A DNA stretch of 64,000 nucleotides, taken from assembly GCA_002427525.1 (NCBI GenBank), contig DIRP01000002.1, positions 16,997 to 80,996 of the forward strand, written 5' to 3'. The notes under the pieces are model-generated. The model saw only the letters and a list, made by a program, of their open reading frames with translations. It did no database searches and was not told the DNA's origin. The stretch comes from Bacteroidales bacterium UBA5433 (GTDB lineage Bacteria > Bacteroidota > Bacteroidia > Bacteroidales > UBA932). Shown in pieces: positions 47,667-58,325 of the stretch. Position 1 is the stretch's first letter, and every line of letters begins with the position of its first letter. The position numbers were made by a program, and so were the translations under genes.

Positions 47667-47699
47667 CCATTTATATAGGATTTCTAATAATACAAACAC

Positions 47700-49154
47700 A
47701 TGAAAAGAATTGATTGTTTTCTCCCTGCTGCTTCCTATGAGCAAATTGCGGGAACTTTAGCTAATCTGGAGAATTTAGAATTGGTTAACAAAATCTACCT
47801 TCTTGTATCAGATGGTAAACACAACCTGGATAGTACGGGATATGAAATAATCCGGATTGATAACCTGAATTCTTCAGCCACCATTCAAAAAATTGCGGCC
47901 GTTGTTGCTACAGATTTTGCACTTATTTACACCAAATATACCCAGTTGGAACCGGGCTACCTGTCGTTGGAACGGTTTGTTCAGCTGGCAGACGATACAC
48001 GGGCCGGCATGTTGTATTCAGATCACTTTCAGATTATTGAGGGGAAGCGCAGAAAAATGCCTTTGATTGAATGCCAGGAGGGAGCATTGCGGGATGATTT
48101 CAATTTTGGTTCGGTACTTTTCTACAATGCTTTGTACTTAAAGAAAGCCGTTTCCATGTCTTTTACGGAATATGCTTATGCAGGTTTGTATTCCCTGCGT
48201 CTGGCAGTAAGCCGCATCGCTCCGCTTGTACATATTAATGAGTACCTGTATACAGAAATAGAAACAGATACACGAAAATCCGGAGAAAAACTCTTTGATT
48301 ACGTAGATCCCAAAAACAGAGAAGTTCAAATAGATATGGAAAAAGCTTGTACGGAACACCTGAAAGCCGTAGGAGCTTATCTGCCTCCTGTATTTACTCC
48401 TGTAAATCTGGATGAACGCAAGTTTGAATTTGAAGCTACCGTAATGATTCCTGTGTTTAACAGAGAACGTACCATTGAAGATGCGGTGAAATCTGCATTA
48501 AGTCAGAAGACCAGTTTTAAGTACAATGTTATTGTGGTCAACCACCATAGCACAGACAACACCGTATCCATTGTTGAAAAATATACAGGAGATTCTAAAT
48601 TGATTTTTATAACTCCGCCAAGAAGAGATTTGTTTGTAGGCGGGTTGTGGAATACGGCCCTGCACCATCCCAAATGCGGGAAATTCCTTGTTCAGCTGGA
48701 TAGCGACGACATGTATTCGGGGCCAGATTCACTGGAAACCATAGTCAAAGCTTTTTATGAGCAGCAATGTGCTATGGTTGTGGGAACATACCGTATGACA
48801 GATTTTGAATTGAATACTATCCCTCCGGGAGTTATTGATCACAGGGAATGGACCCCGGAAAACGGAAGAAACAATGCGTTGCGTATTAACGGGCTGGGAG
48901 CTCCGCGGGCGTTCTATACCCCCATTCTTCGTACCCTGTTGTTACCTAACACCAACTACGGGGAAGATTACGGGCTGGGCCTTCGTTTCTCCAGAAACTA
49001 CCAGATTGGCCGCATTTATGATGTGGTGTACAATTGCCGCCGTTGGGAGGGCAACTCGGATGCAGCCCTGGAACCGGAAAAAAATAATGCTAATAACCTT
49101 TATAAAGACAGATTGCGTACATGGGAACTTCAGGCAAGAAAACAATTGAGGTAG
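47700..49154 (+). CDS. Glycosyltransferase family 2 protein (two-domain)
   Basis: [23 protein letters not shown] in the C-terminal GT2 domain; degenerate N-terminal GT-A domain. Confidence 0.85.
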   Translation: MKRIDCFLPAASYEQIAGTLANLENLELVNKIYLLVSDGKHNLDSTGYEIIRIDNLNSSATIQKIAAVVATDFALIYTKYTQLEPGYLSLERFVQLADDTRAGMLYSDHFQIIEGKRRKMPLIECQEGALRDDFNFGSVLFYNALYLKKAVSMSFTEYAYAGLYSLRLAVSRIAPLVHINEYLYTEIETDTRKSGEKLFDYVDPKNREVQIDMEKACTEHLKAVGAYLPPVFTPVNLDERKFEFEATVMIPVFNRERTIEDAVKSALSQKTSFKYNVIVVNHHSTDNTVSIVEKYTGDSKLIFITPPRRDLFVGGLWNTALHHPKCGKFLVQLDSDDMYSGPDSLETIVKAFYEQQCAMVVGTYRMTDFELNTIPPGVIDHREWTPENGRNNALRINGLGAPRAFYTPILRTLLLPNTNYGEDYGLGLRFSRNYQIGRIYDVVYNCRRWEGNSDAALEPEKNNANNLYKDRLRTWELQARKQLR

Positions 49155-50476
49155 GCATTCTTTCTGCCCCTTGCATAGCCTTTCAGTTGGAAGGGAATTT
49201 CGGTCCTTTTGCGGGAGCTTTTGAAGCTACAGTACAGAACGGGGTTGTATGTGTAACAGGAAAGGAAGGCAGCAGCCATCCCGGGCAGCAGGCAGTCAAA
49301 GCGGCCCGGTGCATTTTTGAACCCTCAGATGAGAATATGTCTTTTGTTCTGAAAGACGTTGTCATAGGTATTGAATTTCATTGGGAGCGAAAGGAAGACC
49401 AACGTTTTAAAGGAGCGTTGGTCTTTGTGCCGGAAGATGGTCAGGTACGAGCCGTCAATGTACTTTCTGTAGAAGATTACCTGGTAAGTGTTATAGCATC
49501 AGAAATGAGTGCAACCAGCATGCCTGAATACCTAAAGGCACATGCGGTAATATCGCGTAGCTGGGTTCTTTCTCAAATGAAAAAAAGAGAACGTGCGGGA
49601 GGATCCGCTCCTGCATTATGCAGGGAAACGGCTGCTCCGTCAGAAATACGTACAGACGCTGAATGGATCAAATGGTGGGACAGGGAAGACCATACGTTAT
49701 TTGATGTATGTGCCGATGACCATTGTCAAAGGTACCAGGGGATCACACGGCCTTCGCAATCGTTGGATAATGTAAGCGGGGCCATTAAACAAACAGCCGG
49801 AGAGGTGCTTACTTCTGATGGAGAAATATGCGACGCCCGGTTTTCCAAATGCTGTGGCGGGATTATGGAACGTTTCTCTACTTGTTGGGAAGCGGTTGAT
49901 CCTCCTTATTTGCAGGGGAAATACGACGGTGAGGATTTTCCTGCCGAGATTCCGCTTCCGGACCTTACAGACCACGCACAGGCAGAAGTATGGATAGAAA
50001 GTACACCTCCTGCTTTTTGTAATACAGATGATACTGCCGTTCTTTCTCAGGTGCTGAACGATTACGATCAGGAAACAAAAGCTTTTTACCGCTGGGAGGT
50101 TTCTTATACTTCGGAAGAATTGGGAGATCTGATAAAAAACAGGATTGGCGAAGATTTGGGGTGTATTGAAGATTTGATACCCTTGGAAAGAGGCAGTTCC
50201 GGTCGTATTTCCAAACTAAAGATTATTGGTTCCAAAAGAACGCTCACCATAGGAAAGGAGCTCTTGATAAGAAAAGCCCTTTCGCCTACCCATTTGTATT
50301 CCTCGGCCTTTGTCCCCGTAAAACGCTCGTACGGTTTTGTTCTGTACGGAGCAGGCTGGGGCCACGGAGTAGGGCTTTGCCAGATTGGAGGAGCCGTTAT
50401 GGCCTCCCGGGGGTATTCCTATAAAGAAATTTTAGCACATTACTATCCCGGCTCGCGGATTGAAAAATTGTATTAA
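49121..50476 (+). CDS. SpoIID/LytB-domain protein (lytic transglycosylase-like)
   Basis: [55 protein letters not shown]. Confidence 0.9.
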   Translation: MGTSGKKTIEVGILSAPCIAFQLEGNFGPFAGAFEATVQNGVVCVTGKEGSSHPGQQAVKAARCIFEPSDENMSFVLKDVVIGIEFHWERKEDQRFKGALVFVPEDGQVRAVNVLSVEDYLVSVIASEMSATSMPEYLKAHAVISRSWVLSQMKKRERAGGSAPALCRETAAPSEIRTDAEWIKWWDREDHTLFDVCADDHCQRYQGITRPSQSLDNVSGAIKQTAGEVLTSDGEICDARFSKCCGGIMERFSTCWEAVDPPYLQGKYDGEDFPAEIPLPDLTDHAQAEVWIESTPPAFCNTDDTAVLSQVLNDYDQETKAFYRWEVSYTSEELGDLIKNRIGEDLGCIEDLIPLERGSSGRISKLKIIGSKRTLTIGKELLIRKALSPTHLYSSAFVPVKRSYGFVLYGAGWGHGVGLCQIGGAVMASRGYSYKEILAHYYPGSRIEKLY

Positions 50477-51783
50477 TGAAAGAAATGCCTAAAACAAAAA
50501 CCAGGAATGCCTGGTCGTGGATCCCAACGTTGTATTTTGCACAGGGGTTGCCTTATGTGGCCGTGATGACCATAGCCGTAATCATGTACAAACGGCTTGG
50601 CCTTTCCAACACAGAAATCGCCTTGTACACCAGCTGGCTTTACCTGCCCTGGGTCATCAAGCCTCTTTGGAGCCCTTTTGTGGACCTGATTAAAACAAAA
50701 AGATTGTGGATAATTCTCATGCAAAGCTTTATAGCTGTGGGCTTTGCGGGAGTTGCTTTTTTTCTGCCCACTACTTTCTTTGTAAAAACCACCTTGGCTT
50801 TTTTCTGGCTTATTGCTTTCAGTTCTGCTACTCACGACATTGCTGCTGACGGCTTTTATATGCTGGGGCTTTCGCAAGGTGAACAATCTTTTTTTGTAGG
50901 TATCCGCAATACTTTTTACCGTTTTGCCACCATTTTTGGGCAAGGGGTACTTGTTATGCTGGCCGGTTTGCTGGAAGAAGGAAAGATTTTACCGCGAGTA
51001 GGCGGAAACATTCCGCTGGCCTGGAGCTTGACCTTTTATTTGCTGGCTGCCATTTTTCTTATTTTAACCCTCTACCATAGAGCTATACTTCCCAGGCCTG
51101 CTGCCGACGTGTCCAGAGACAACATTACCCCGTTGGGTCTTCTGAAAGACTTTTTTCTTACGTTTGGTTCGTTTTTCAAAAAGAACGACCTGGGGCTTGC
51201 TTTATTATTTATTCTTACCTACCGTTTGGGTGAATCACAACTTGTAAAAATTGCCACTCCTTTTTTACTGGATACTTCAGAAGCAGGAGGGTTGGGACTG
51301 CCAACGGCTACCGTGGGCATGGTATACGGAACCATTGGGGTGGTTGCTTTGCTCTTGGGTGGTGTGGTAGGCGGCATTGCCGTATCCCGGGGTGGACTGA
51401 AAAAATGGATTATTCCCATGGCTTTGGCCATCAATTTGCCTGACCTGTTGTACGTCTATATGGCTTCTACCATGCCGGACAACCTGTATGTGATTATCGC
51501 CTCTGTTGCCATGGAACAACTGGGTTATGGATTTGGGTTTACTGCGTTTATGTTGTACTTAATATATGTAGCCGACGGTCCGCACAAAACATCTCATTAT
51601 GCTATCGGGACCGGATTTATGGCACTGGGGATGATGTTGCCGGGTATGGCGGCTGGAGCCATTCAGGAAGCTATGGGCTACGAACTTTTCTTCCGGTTTG
51701 TTTGTTTGTGCACATTACCCGGTATAGTAGCTTCTATCTTGATAAGCAAAAGGTTACCGGCAGATTATGGAAAGAAAATCTAA
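50476..51783 (+). CDS. ampG: AmpG-like MFS muropeptide permease
   Basis: LYFAQGLP, LPWVIKPLWSP, SATHDIAADG; multiple TM helices. Confidence 0.8.
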   Translation: MKEMPKTKTRNAWSWIPTLYFAQGLPYVAVMTIAVIMYKRLGLSNTEIALYTSWLYLPWVIKPLWSPFVDLIKTKRLWIILMQSFIAVGFAGVAFFLPTTFFVKTTLAFFWLIAFSSATHDIAADGFYMLGLSQGEQSFFVGIRNTFYRFATIFGQGVLVMLAGLLEEGKILPRVGGNIPLAWSLTFYLLAAIFLILTLYHRAILPRPAADVSRDNITPLGLLKDFFLTFGSFFKKNDLGLALLFILTYRLGESQLVKIATPFLLDTSEAGGLGLPTATVGMVYGTIGVVALLLGGVVGGIAVSRGGLKKWIIPMALAINLPDLLYVYMASTMPDNLYVIIASVAMEQLGYGFGFTAFMLYLIYVADGPHKTSHYAIGTGFMALGMMLPGMAAGAIQEAMGYELFFRFVCLCTLPGIVASILISKRLPADYGKKI

Positions 51784-51794
51784 TATGAATTGAT

Positions 51795-53042
51795 ATGAAA
51801 TACACACACAATTTCCTGCTTTTATTTGTTTCACTTTTTCTTGTATTATCCTGTCAGTCACAAGACCGTATTGTGAAAACAGGTATTGATGTCCTTCAGG
51901 AATCAGGGTTTGCCCTGTTGGAAGGAAAACGCGTAGGACTCATTACCAACCCTACCGGCGTGGACAGAAACCTGCGTTCTACCATAGATATTTTATTTGA
52001 AGCACCTAACGTAGAATTGGTAGCCTTGTACGGTCCGGAACACGGGGTACGCGGAGAAGTACATGCCGGAGACAGGATTGTATCGCAAACCGATCCCATT
52101 ACGGGGCTACCGGAATATTCGTTGTACGGAAGTACCAGAAGACCTACGGAAGACATGTTAGAGGGGCTGGATGTATTGGTTTACGATATTCAGGACATTG
52201 GTTCCCGATCTTTTACCTACATCTCTACCATGGGACTGGCCATGGAAGCTTGTGCTGAACTGGATATAGAATTTGTGGTTTTGGACAGACCCAATCCCAT
52301 TGGAGGTCTTAAAGTGGAAGGATGTTATGTGGAAGACGGCTGTTTTACGTTTGTGAGTCAGTACAGGATTCCTTATGTGTACGGCCTCACTTGTGGCGAA
52401 CTGGCTTTGCTTCTTAACGGGGAACGTATGCTGGGCTCGGGTGCACGCCCCGGTGAAAGTGCCCGGTGCAACCTTACGGTAGTTCCCATGGAAGGGTGGA
52501 AAAGAGATATGTTTTACGACCAAACAGGATTGCAATGGATTGCTTCTTCACCTCATATTCCGCAGGCCATAACGTCATTTTTCTACCCCCTGAGCGGCAT
52601 TGCCGGTGATCTGGCAGGCATATCCATAGGGGTTGGGTACACGTTGCCTTTCCAATTGTTTGCTCCCGTGGAAGAGAACATGGATCCGGAACAACTGGCA
52701 GCCAATTTAAACGCTCTGGACTTACCGGGGCTCTATTTCAGACCCATTTATTTCAGGCCTTTTTACAGCAGGGGGCAGGGGACCACACTGGGAGGAGTAC
52801 AGGTACACCTGACAGACCCGGCCGCTGCACCACTGACCGATGTGAATTTTTACGTAATGCAGGAAATGCATAAATTGAACCCCGAGATGGTATTCAACCT
52901 CAACAGGATCACAAAAGTGACCGGCAGTCCTTTTATAACTGAAAAATTCTCGGAAAGGTATATGTTTGAAGACATCAAAGAGTATTGGTACAAAGATGCA
53001 GAAGCTTTCCGTGAGCTTTCCGCGCGTTACTACCTTTACTAA
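51795..53042 (+). CDS. namZ: Exo-beta-N-acetylmuramidase NamZ (DUF1343) lipoprotein
   Basis: Lipobox LSC, VGLITNPTG, PEHG, YDIQDIGSR.FTYISTM, LDRPNP, SPHIP. Confidence 0.88.
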   Translation: MKYTHNFLLLFVSLFLVLSCQSQDRIVKTGIDVLQESGFALLEGKRVGLITNPTGVDRNLRSTIDILFEAPNVELVALYGPEHGVRGEVHAGDRIVSQTDPITGLPEYSLYGSTRRPTEDMLEGLDVLVYDIQDIGSRSFTYISTMGLAMEACAELDIEFVVLDRPNPIGGLKVEGCYVEDGCFTFVSQYRIPYVYGLTCGELALLLNGERMLGSGARPGESARCNLTVVPMEGWKRDMFYDQTGLQWIASSPHIPQAITSFFYPLSGIAGDLAGISIGVGYTLPFQLFAPVEENMDPEQLAANLNALDLPGLYFRPIYFRPFYSRGQGTTLGGVQVHLTDPAAAPLTDVNFYVMQEMHKLNPEMVFNLNRITKVTGSPFITEKFSERYMFEDIKEYWYKDAEAFRELSARYYLY

Positions 53043-53053
53043 AAGCACATCCC

Positions 53054-54193
53054 ATGAAGCGGTTTTACTTTTTAACGGTATTGTTGCTGTTGGTTGTATC
53101 GTGTGAGCGTGAAAAGGTAAAACCGGACCAAAATCCAGATACAGACCCCGACGTACCTGAAGTTTTTGTTCCGGAAAAGCGCATTGAAGGACGTGTGGCG
53201 TTATCTTATGTAACGTATTACAGTCAGGGAATTCCCGACCCCACATTACTCACGCACATTTGTTATGCTTTTGCCGAGTTGTATGTTGTAGGCGGTCAGT
53301 ACAGGAAATTTGCTTTACAAGGTGATCCATCACGTTTTGCTGCTGTGGCAGATTTGAAAAAAAACCATCCGCACCTGAAAATACTTTTAGCGTTTACCCA
53401 TACGGTTGATAATAAGGACAACGCACAAGGTGGTGGATTTTCCGCTATGAGCAGTACAGAAGAAGGCCGGCAGGCTTTTGCCCGGGATTGCCTGGAGTTT
53501 TTACAACAGTGGGGGATTGACGGAGTAGATATTGGCTGGGAATTTCCCGGTCTTTCCTGGAGCGGCCATGCTTCCAATCCCGCTGCAGATACGCAAAACC
53601 ATGTGTTGTTGCTGAAAGAGTTGCGCCGGACGTTGGGATCTGATTATTTGATAACATTTCCCGGATACATATCAGATGCTAAAACAATAGCAGAAGGAAC
53701 CCGTTATATTGATTTGAAGGCCGTAGAACCTTATGTAGATTTTGTGAACGTGATGACCTACGATATGGACCAGGCACCGCATCATCATTCGGCTTTGGAA
53801 GATTCCCGGGCCTATTGGGATTGCGTTAAAATGCTGGCGTCGTATAAAGCGGCAGGGTTTCCGCCGGAGAAGATGGTCCTGGGGATTCCTTTTTACGGAA
53901 GGATTTCCTTTTCCCAAAGTCCCACAGCTATTACTTACCGGCAGATTAAAAACCTGGATCCGGCAGTATATACTATCGGGAACTGGGATCCCACAGCTTC
54001 CGTACCGTACGTTACAAGAAAAGCCACGGGTGCTTTTTATTGCGGCTATGACAATCCGGCAAGTATAGCCATCAAGGGAGCGTGGCTTCTAGCCCATGGC
54101 ATGAAAGGCATGATGTGCTGGATGTACCATGGCGATGATGATAACGGAACCCTTAGGAAAGCTATGTGGAATGCTGTGATGAAACCCTTATGA
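53054..54193 (+). CDS. GH18 chitinase-like lipoprotein with variant catalytic motif
   Basis: Lipobox VVSC, LTHICYAF, DGVDIGWEFP (DxxDxGxE), NVMTYD, LGIPFYG, YDN..SI..K, GMMCW. Confidence 0.85.
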   Translation: MKRFYFLTVLLLLVVSCEREKVKPDQNPDTDPDVPEVFVPEKRIEGRVALSYVTYYSQGIPDPTLLTHICYAFAELYVVGGQYRKFALQGDPSRFAAVADLKKNHPHLKILLAFTHTVDNKDNAQGGGFSAMSSTEEGRQAFARDCLEFLQQWGIDGVDIGWEFPGLSWSGHASNPAADTQNHVLLLKELRRTLGSDYLITFPGYISDAKTIAEGTRYIDLKAVEPYVDFVNVMTYDMDQAPHHHSALEDSRAYWDCVKMLASYKAAGFPPEKMVLGIPFYGRISFSQSPTAITYRQIKNLDPAVYTIGNWDPTASVPYVTRKATGAFYCGYDNPASIAIKGAWLLAHGMKGMMCWMYHGDDDNGTLRKAMWNAVMKPL

Positions 54194-54235
54194 TTCCCTG
54201 CCTGTATCCATTTTTTTTGCTAATTTTACAACCTC

Positions 54236-55651
54236 ATGAAGCAACTTCAAACTCTTTTTAAAAGCTACACAGGTACCTCGGCTCACACGATTACCGAGTT
54301 GCCGTCTTCCGGAAGTAACAGACGGTATTTCAGGATGGAGGGTAACAAAAGAACGGTTATTGGGACGCTGGGCTCCTGTAAAGAAGAAAACCAGGCTTTT
54401 ATTGCTATTGCAATGCATTTCCGGAAGCAAGGCCTTTCGGTCCCGGAAGTTTTCTGCCATAACAAAGATTTTTCGTGTTACCTGCAACAGGATTTGGGAG
54501 ATGTTACGTTATACAATGCAGTAGAAACAGGGAGGTCAAAAGGTTCTTACGATGTAAAAGAGAAAGCCTTATTGCATAAAGCCATGGAAGCCTTACCGGC
54601 GTTGCAATTTAAAGGAGCAGACAAACTGGATTTTTCCGTGTGTTACCCACAGCCGGATTTTGATGCCAGAATGGTTTCTTTTGATCTGAATTACTTCAAG
54701 TATTGTTTTTTGAAAGCCACGGGGTTGGAATTTAGTGAAATACAACTTGAAAACGATTTCCAAAAACTTTCCGAAATTTTGTTGCACAATGCATCCGAGA
54801 CTTTTCTTTACCGGGATTTTCAGGCAAGAAATGTGATGCTTGTAAACGGAGAACCTTACTTTATTGATTTTCAGGGAGGGCGCAAAGGCCCCGTATATTA
54901 CGACGTAGCGTCGTTTGTGTGGCAGGCTCGGGCCAATTACTCGGAAGAACTCAAAGAGGAATTGATCCAAACCTACCTGGGTGCATTGAAACAGTTTATC
55001 CCTGTTGATGAAAATCAATTTCACCGGCAATTGCGGCACTTTGTTTTATTCCGAACACTTCAGGTTCTTGGTGCCTATGGGTTCCGGGGGTATTTTGAAA
55101 AGAAACCGCATTTTCTACGAAGTGTACCCTTTGCCATAGACAACCTGCGTAAGTTGTTGAAAGAGCCTTTTCGAGAGTACCCCTACTTGTCTTCCTTGTT
55201 ACTGGAGCTGACAACTATGCGCCAGTATGCCGAGATGGATAAAGAAAGAAAACTGCAGGTTACTGTGTGTAGTTTTGCCTACAAAAAAGGAATTCCAAAC
55301 GATTTGAGCGGGAACGGGGGAGGGTATATCTTTGATTGCCGGGGATTGGAAAATCCGGGTAAATACGATCACTACAAACATTTCACCGGTGAAGATCCGC
55401 AGGTGGTTCGTTTTTTGGAAGAAGATGGTGGTGTTGAAATTTTTTTAGATCATGCGTATGCGCTTATGGACAAGCACATACAAAGATACATTGAACGTAA
55501 ATTTACCCATTTGATGTGTTGTTTCGGGTGTACAGGAGGCCAACACCGTTCCGTTTACTGTGCCCGGCACATGGCTGAGTATATATCTAAAAAATACGAT
55601 ATCAACGTGCATTTATACCATCGTGAATTAGAAATAGAAGCAGACTTCTAA
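54236..55651 (+). CDS. AmgK-like amino-sugar kinase fused to a RapZ C-terminal domain
   Basis: APH-kinase motifs GSNRRYFR, YRDFQARN, IDFQG, YDVAS. C-terminus SFAYKKG, FDCR.L.NP, GCTGGQHRSV is RapZ-CTD-like. Confidence 0.85.
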   Translation: MKQLQTLFKSYTGTSAHTITELPSSGSNRRYFRMEGNKRTVIGTLGSCKEENQAFIAIAMHFRKQGLSVPEVFCHNKDFSCYLQQDLGDVTLYNAVETGRSKGSYDVKEKALLHKAMEALPALQFKGADKLDFSVCYPQPDFDARMVSFDLNYFKYCFLKATGLEFSEIQLENDFQKLSEILLHNASETFLYRDFQARNVMLVNGEPYFIDFQGGRKGPVYYDVASFVWQARANYSEELKEELIQTYLGALKQFIPVDENQFHRQLRHFVLFRTLQVLGAYGFRGYFEKKPHFLRSVPFAIDNLRKLLKEPFREYPYLSSLLLELTTMRQYAEMDKERKLQVTVCSFAYKKGIPNDLSGNGGGYIFDCRGLENPGKYDHYKHFTGEDPQVVRFLEEDGGVEIFLDHAYALMDKHIQRYIERKFTHLMCCFGCTGGQHRSVYCARHMAEYISKKYDINVHLYHRELEIEADF

Positions 55652-55664
55652 ATACCAATACAGC

Positions 55665-56411
55665 ATGCAGGCAATGATACTGGCAGCCGGCCTGGGTACC
55701 CGCTTAAAACCCGTTACAGATTCAATCCCAAAAGCGTTGGTTCGTGTCAACCTGAAGGAGGGAGGAGACCAACCCCTGCTGGAAGGCTTGCTGGACAAAA
55801 TGATAGCTCAGGGATTTACCAGTATTGTTATTAATATTCACCACCTGGGTGGCCAGATTCGCTCTTTTGTCAGTGAGTATCTGGAACGGAAGAACCTTCC
55901 TGCCAAAATCTGTTTTTCAGATGAAAGTGACTTGTTGCTGGGGACAGGTGGAGCCATAAAGCATGCCTGTCCTTTTTTTATTCCGGATTTTCCGCTGCTT
56001 GTCCATAACGTTGATATTTTATCTGACTTGAATTTGCGTGCCTTTGTAGCGGGGCACAATCCCGAGACATTGGCCACCTTGCTGGTAAGCGAAAGGGTTA
56101 CAGACCGCCAGCTTATTTTTGACAAGGAGTGGCAGTTAATCGGTTGGACCAACATAAAAACCAAGCAGTACCGATGGGTTAAAGAAAAAGAACCGTGTAA
56201 CCCGGATGGTTGTATTTTGAGGGCTTTTTCCGGTATTTACATCCTTTCTCCGGAAGCTATGCCCCTTTTTGAACAGCAGCCCGATGTTTTTTCCATCATT
56301 GATTTTTTTCTGGAAACAGCTGCTAATTATACAATTAAAGGAGTTGAAATACCCGGTATTCAAGTGCTCGACATAGGAAAACCTGAAACATTGAAAAATA
56401 CGTTGTTATGA
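55665..56411 (+). CDS. Nucleotidyltransferase, MurU-like
   Basis: AMILAAGLGTRL.P.T...PKAL, LLGTGG, NVD, DIGKPE; directly after the kinase. Confidence 0.82.
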   Translation: MQAMILAAGLGTRLKPVTDSIPKALVRVNLKEGGDQPLLEGLLDKMIAQGFTSIVINIHHLGGQIRSFVSEYLERKNLPAKICFSDESDLLLGTGGAIKHACPFFIPDFPLLVHNVDILSDLNLRAFVAGHNPETLATLLVSERVTDRQLIFDKEWQLIGWTNIKTKQYRWVKEKEPCNPDGCILRAFSGIYILSPEAMPLFEQQPDVFSIIDFFLETAANYTIKGVEIPGIQVLDIGKPETLKNTLL

Positions 56412-57589
56412 AATACGATTTTGATACCATTATTGACAGGCGTGGAACAGATGCCGTTAAACTAAGACGATTAAAAACTCTTTTTGGCAGGGAAGACCTG
56501 ATACCGCTTTGGGTGGCAGACATGGATTTTGCAACCCCACCGTTTATAAGGGAAGCGCTGGAAGACAGATTGAAACACCCTATTTATGGCTATACTGTGC
56601 TTCCTGAAGATTATTGGCAAGTCATAATAGAGTGGCAACACTATATGCATGGATGGGAAATACGGGAAGAGTGGCTTACTTTTATTGCCGGAATTGTCAA
56701 AGGCATTGGATTGGCTCTGCTTCATTTCACGGGCAAAGGTGATTCTGTAATTATCCAGCCACCTGTTTACCATCCGTTTAAACAAGTAATTGAAAACAAC
56801 GGAAGGGTAGTGATCAACAACCCGCTCCTGTGGGATGGTTCCCGTTACCATATGGATTTTGACCACCTGGAAGACATCCTAAAACGCCGCAGGTGTCCCT
56901 TGCTCATTTTGGCAAATCCGCACAATCCCGGAGGCTATATGTGGGATAGAGAAACGCTGGCTACCTTGGCTGAAATATGCCATAAATACAACGTTACGGT
57001 TATTTCTGATGAAATCCATGCAGATATGCCTCTCTACGGAAACAAACACATTCCTTTCACCACGGTATCACCGGAGGCAGCCCAGATAGGAGTTGTGTTC
57101 AATGCTCCTTCAAAGACATTCAATATTGCAGGACTTGTCAGCTCATACGCCATAGTTCCTAACCAACAGCTAAGAAAAGGGTTTTATGATTTTTTAAGTG
57201 CCAGTGACCTGAACGATTCAACTTTTGTTGCCACAATAGCAACCCGCGCTGCTTATACTCAAGGAAAGGAATGGCATAAACAAATGCTTACCTACGTTCA
57301 GAACAACATTGATTATGTTGTGGAGGAATTGCCGCGTTATATTCCATTAATCCATGCTTCGCGCCCCGATGCTTCCTTCCTCGTATGGTTGGATGCCAGG
57401 GATTTACAGAAAGTTGGCATAGACTGTATTCCTAAATTTTTTATTGATGCAGGTCTGGCTTTGAATGACGGAGCTATGTTTGGTCCCGGCGGGGAAGGGT
57501 TTATGCGTCTGAATGCCGGTTGTCCGCGTGCTGTATTGGAAAAAGCACTGGAGCAGTTGTACAGGCACTACAGACACGTTACTACTTGA
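56408..57589 (+). CDS. MalY/PatB-family PLP-dependent C-S lyase
   Basis: PLWVADMDF, NPHNPGG, SDEIH, APSKTFN, FMRLN. Confidence 0.92.
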   Translation: MKYDFDTIIDRRGTDAVKLRRLKTLFGREDLIPLWVADMDFATPPFIREALEDRLKHPIYGYTVLPEDYWQVIIEWQHYMHGWEIREEWLTFIAGIVKGIGLALLHFTGKGDSVIIQPPVYHPFKQVIENNGRVVINNPLLWDGSRYHMDFDHLEDILKRRRCPLLILANPHNPGGYMWDRETLATLAEICHKYNVTVISDEIHADMPLYGNKHIPFTTVSPEAAQIGVVFNAPSKTFNIAGLVSSYAIVPNQQLRKGFYDFLSASDLNDSTFVATIATRAAYTQGKEWHKQMLTYVQNNIDYVVEELPRYIPLIHASRPDASFLVWLDARDLQKVGIDCIPKFFIDAGLALNDGAMFGPGGEGFMRLNAGCPRAVLEKALEQLYRHYRHVTT

Positions 57590-58325
57590 CAAAACGGGCA
57601 AGGTTTATGCGCTCCCACAGAAAACGCGGAATCAAATGCCATACACCAATTACCAGGCGGTAACGCCAGTCAATGACAATTTTCCTTTTCTTTTTCAGTA
57701 ACCCGTTAACAATTTTACGGGCTACATAAGAAACTTCCATTTGCATGGGGTATGCATAGCGGACAAATTCCGTTTTAACAAAGCCGGGCAGAATATCGGT
57801 AACGGAAATATTATATTTCATATTATTTGACAACTGCGTCAATGAAGACAGGTAGGACATTTGAAACCGCTTAGTAGCTGAATACGAGGCGTTCAAGCCA
57901 ATACCTCTGCATCCCGCTACGGAAGAAATAGCCGCAATATGCCCGTACTGCTGTTGGCGGAAAAAGTTGAAGGCATAATTGATTGTGGTTACAAAACCTG
58001 TTACGTTTGTATCTATTGTATCCAGTTCAATGTCCAAATTCAAAGATGTGTTTAATCTGCCATAGCCGGAAGAGTACAGGTATAAATCCATACCGCCAAG
58101 TGCATCAATCAATTTTTCCAGCAATTCCGGTGCGTCCTTTTTTGTAACGTCAATGACTTCAAATACTACCAATTCGGGAGCTTTTGCCTTTATTTCCTCT
58201 AACAATTCCCTGCGTCTTCCGGCAACTCCCACTTTCCACCCCTTTTGCAGGAGGATTAAGGCAATCTCTCTCCCCATACCGGACGTTGCTCCCATGATGA
58301 CAGCACGTTTCTGTTCTGCTTTCAT
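57582..58325 (-). CDS. Short-chain dehydrogenase/reductase
   Basis: GATSGMG, SSVAG, YSATK (YxxxK), PGFVKT. Confidence 0.92.
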   Translation of the reverse strand: MKAEQKRAVIMGATSGMGREIALILLQKGWKVGVAGRRRELLEEIKAKAPELVVFEVIDVTKKDAPELLEKLIDALGGMDLYLYSSGYGRLNTSLNLDIELDTIDTNVTGFVTTINYAFNFFRQQQYGHIAAISSVAGCRGIGLNASYSATKRFQMSYLSSLTQLSNNMKYNISVTDILPGFVKTEFVRYAYPMQMEVSYVARKIVNGLLKKKRKIVIDWRYRLVIGVWHLIPRFLWERINLARFVK

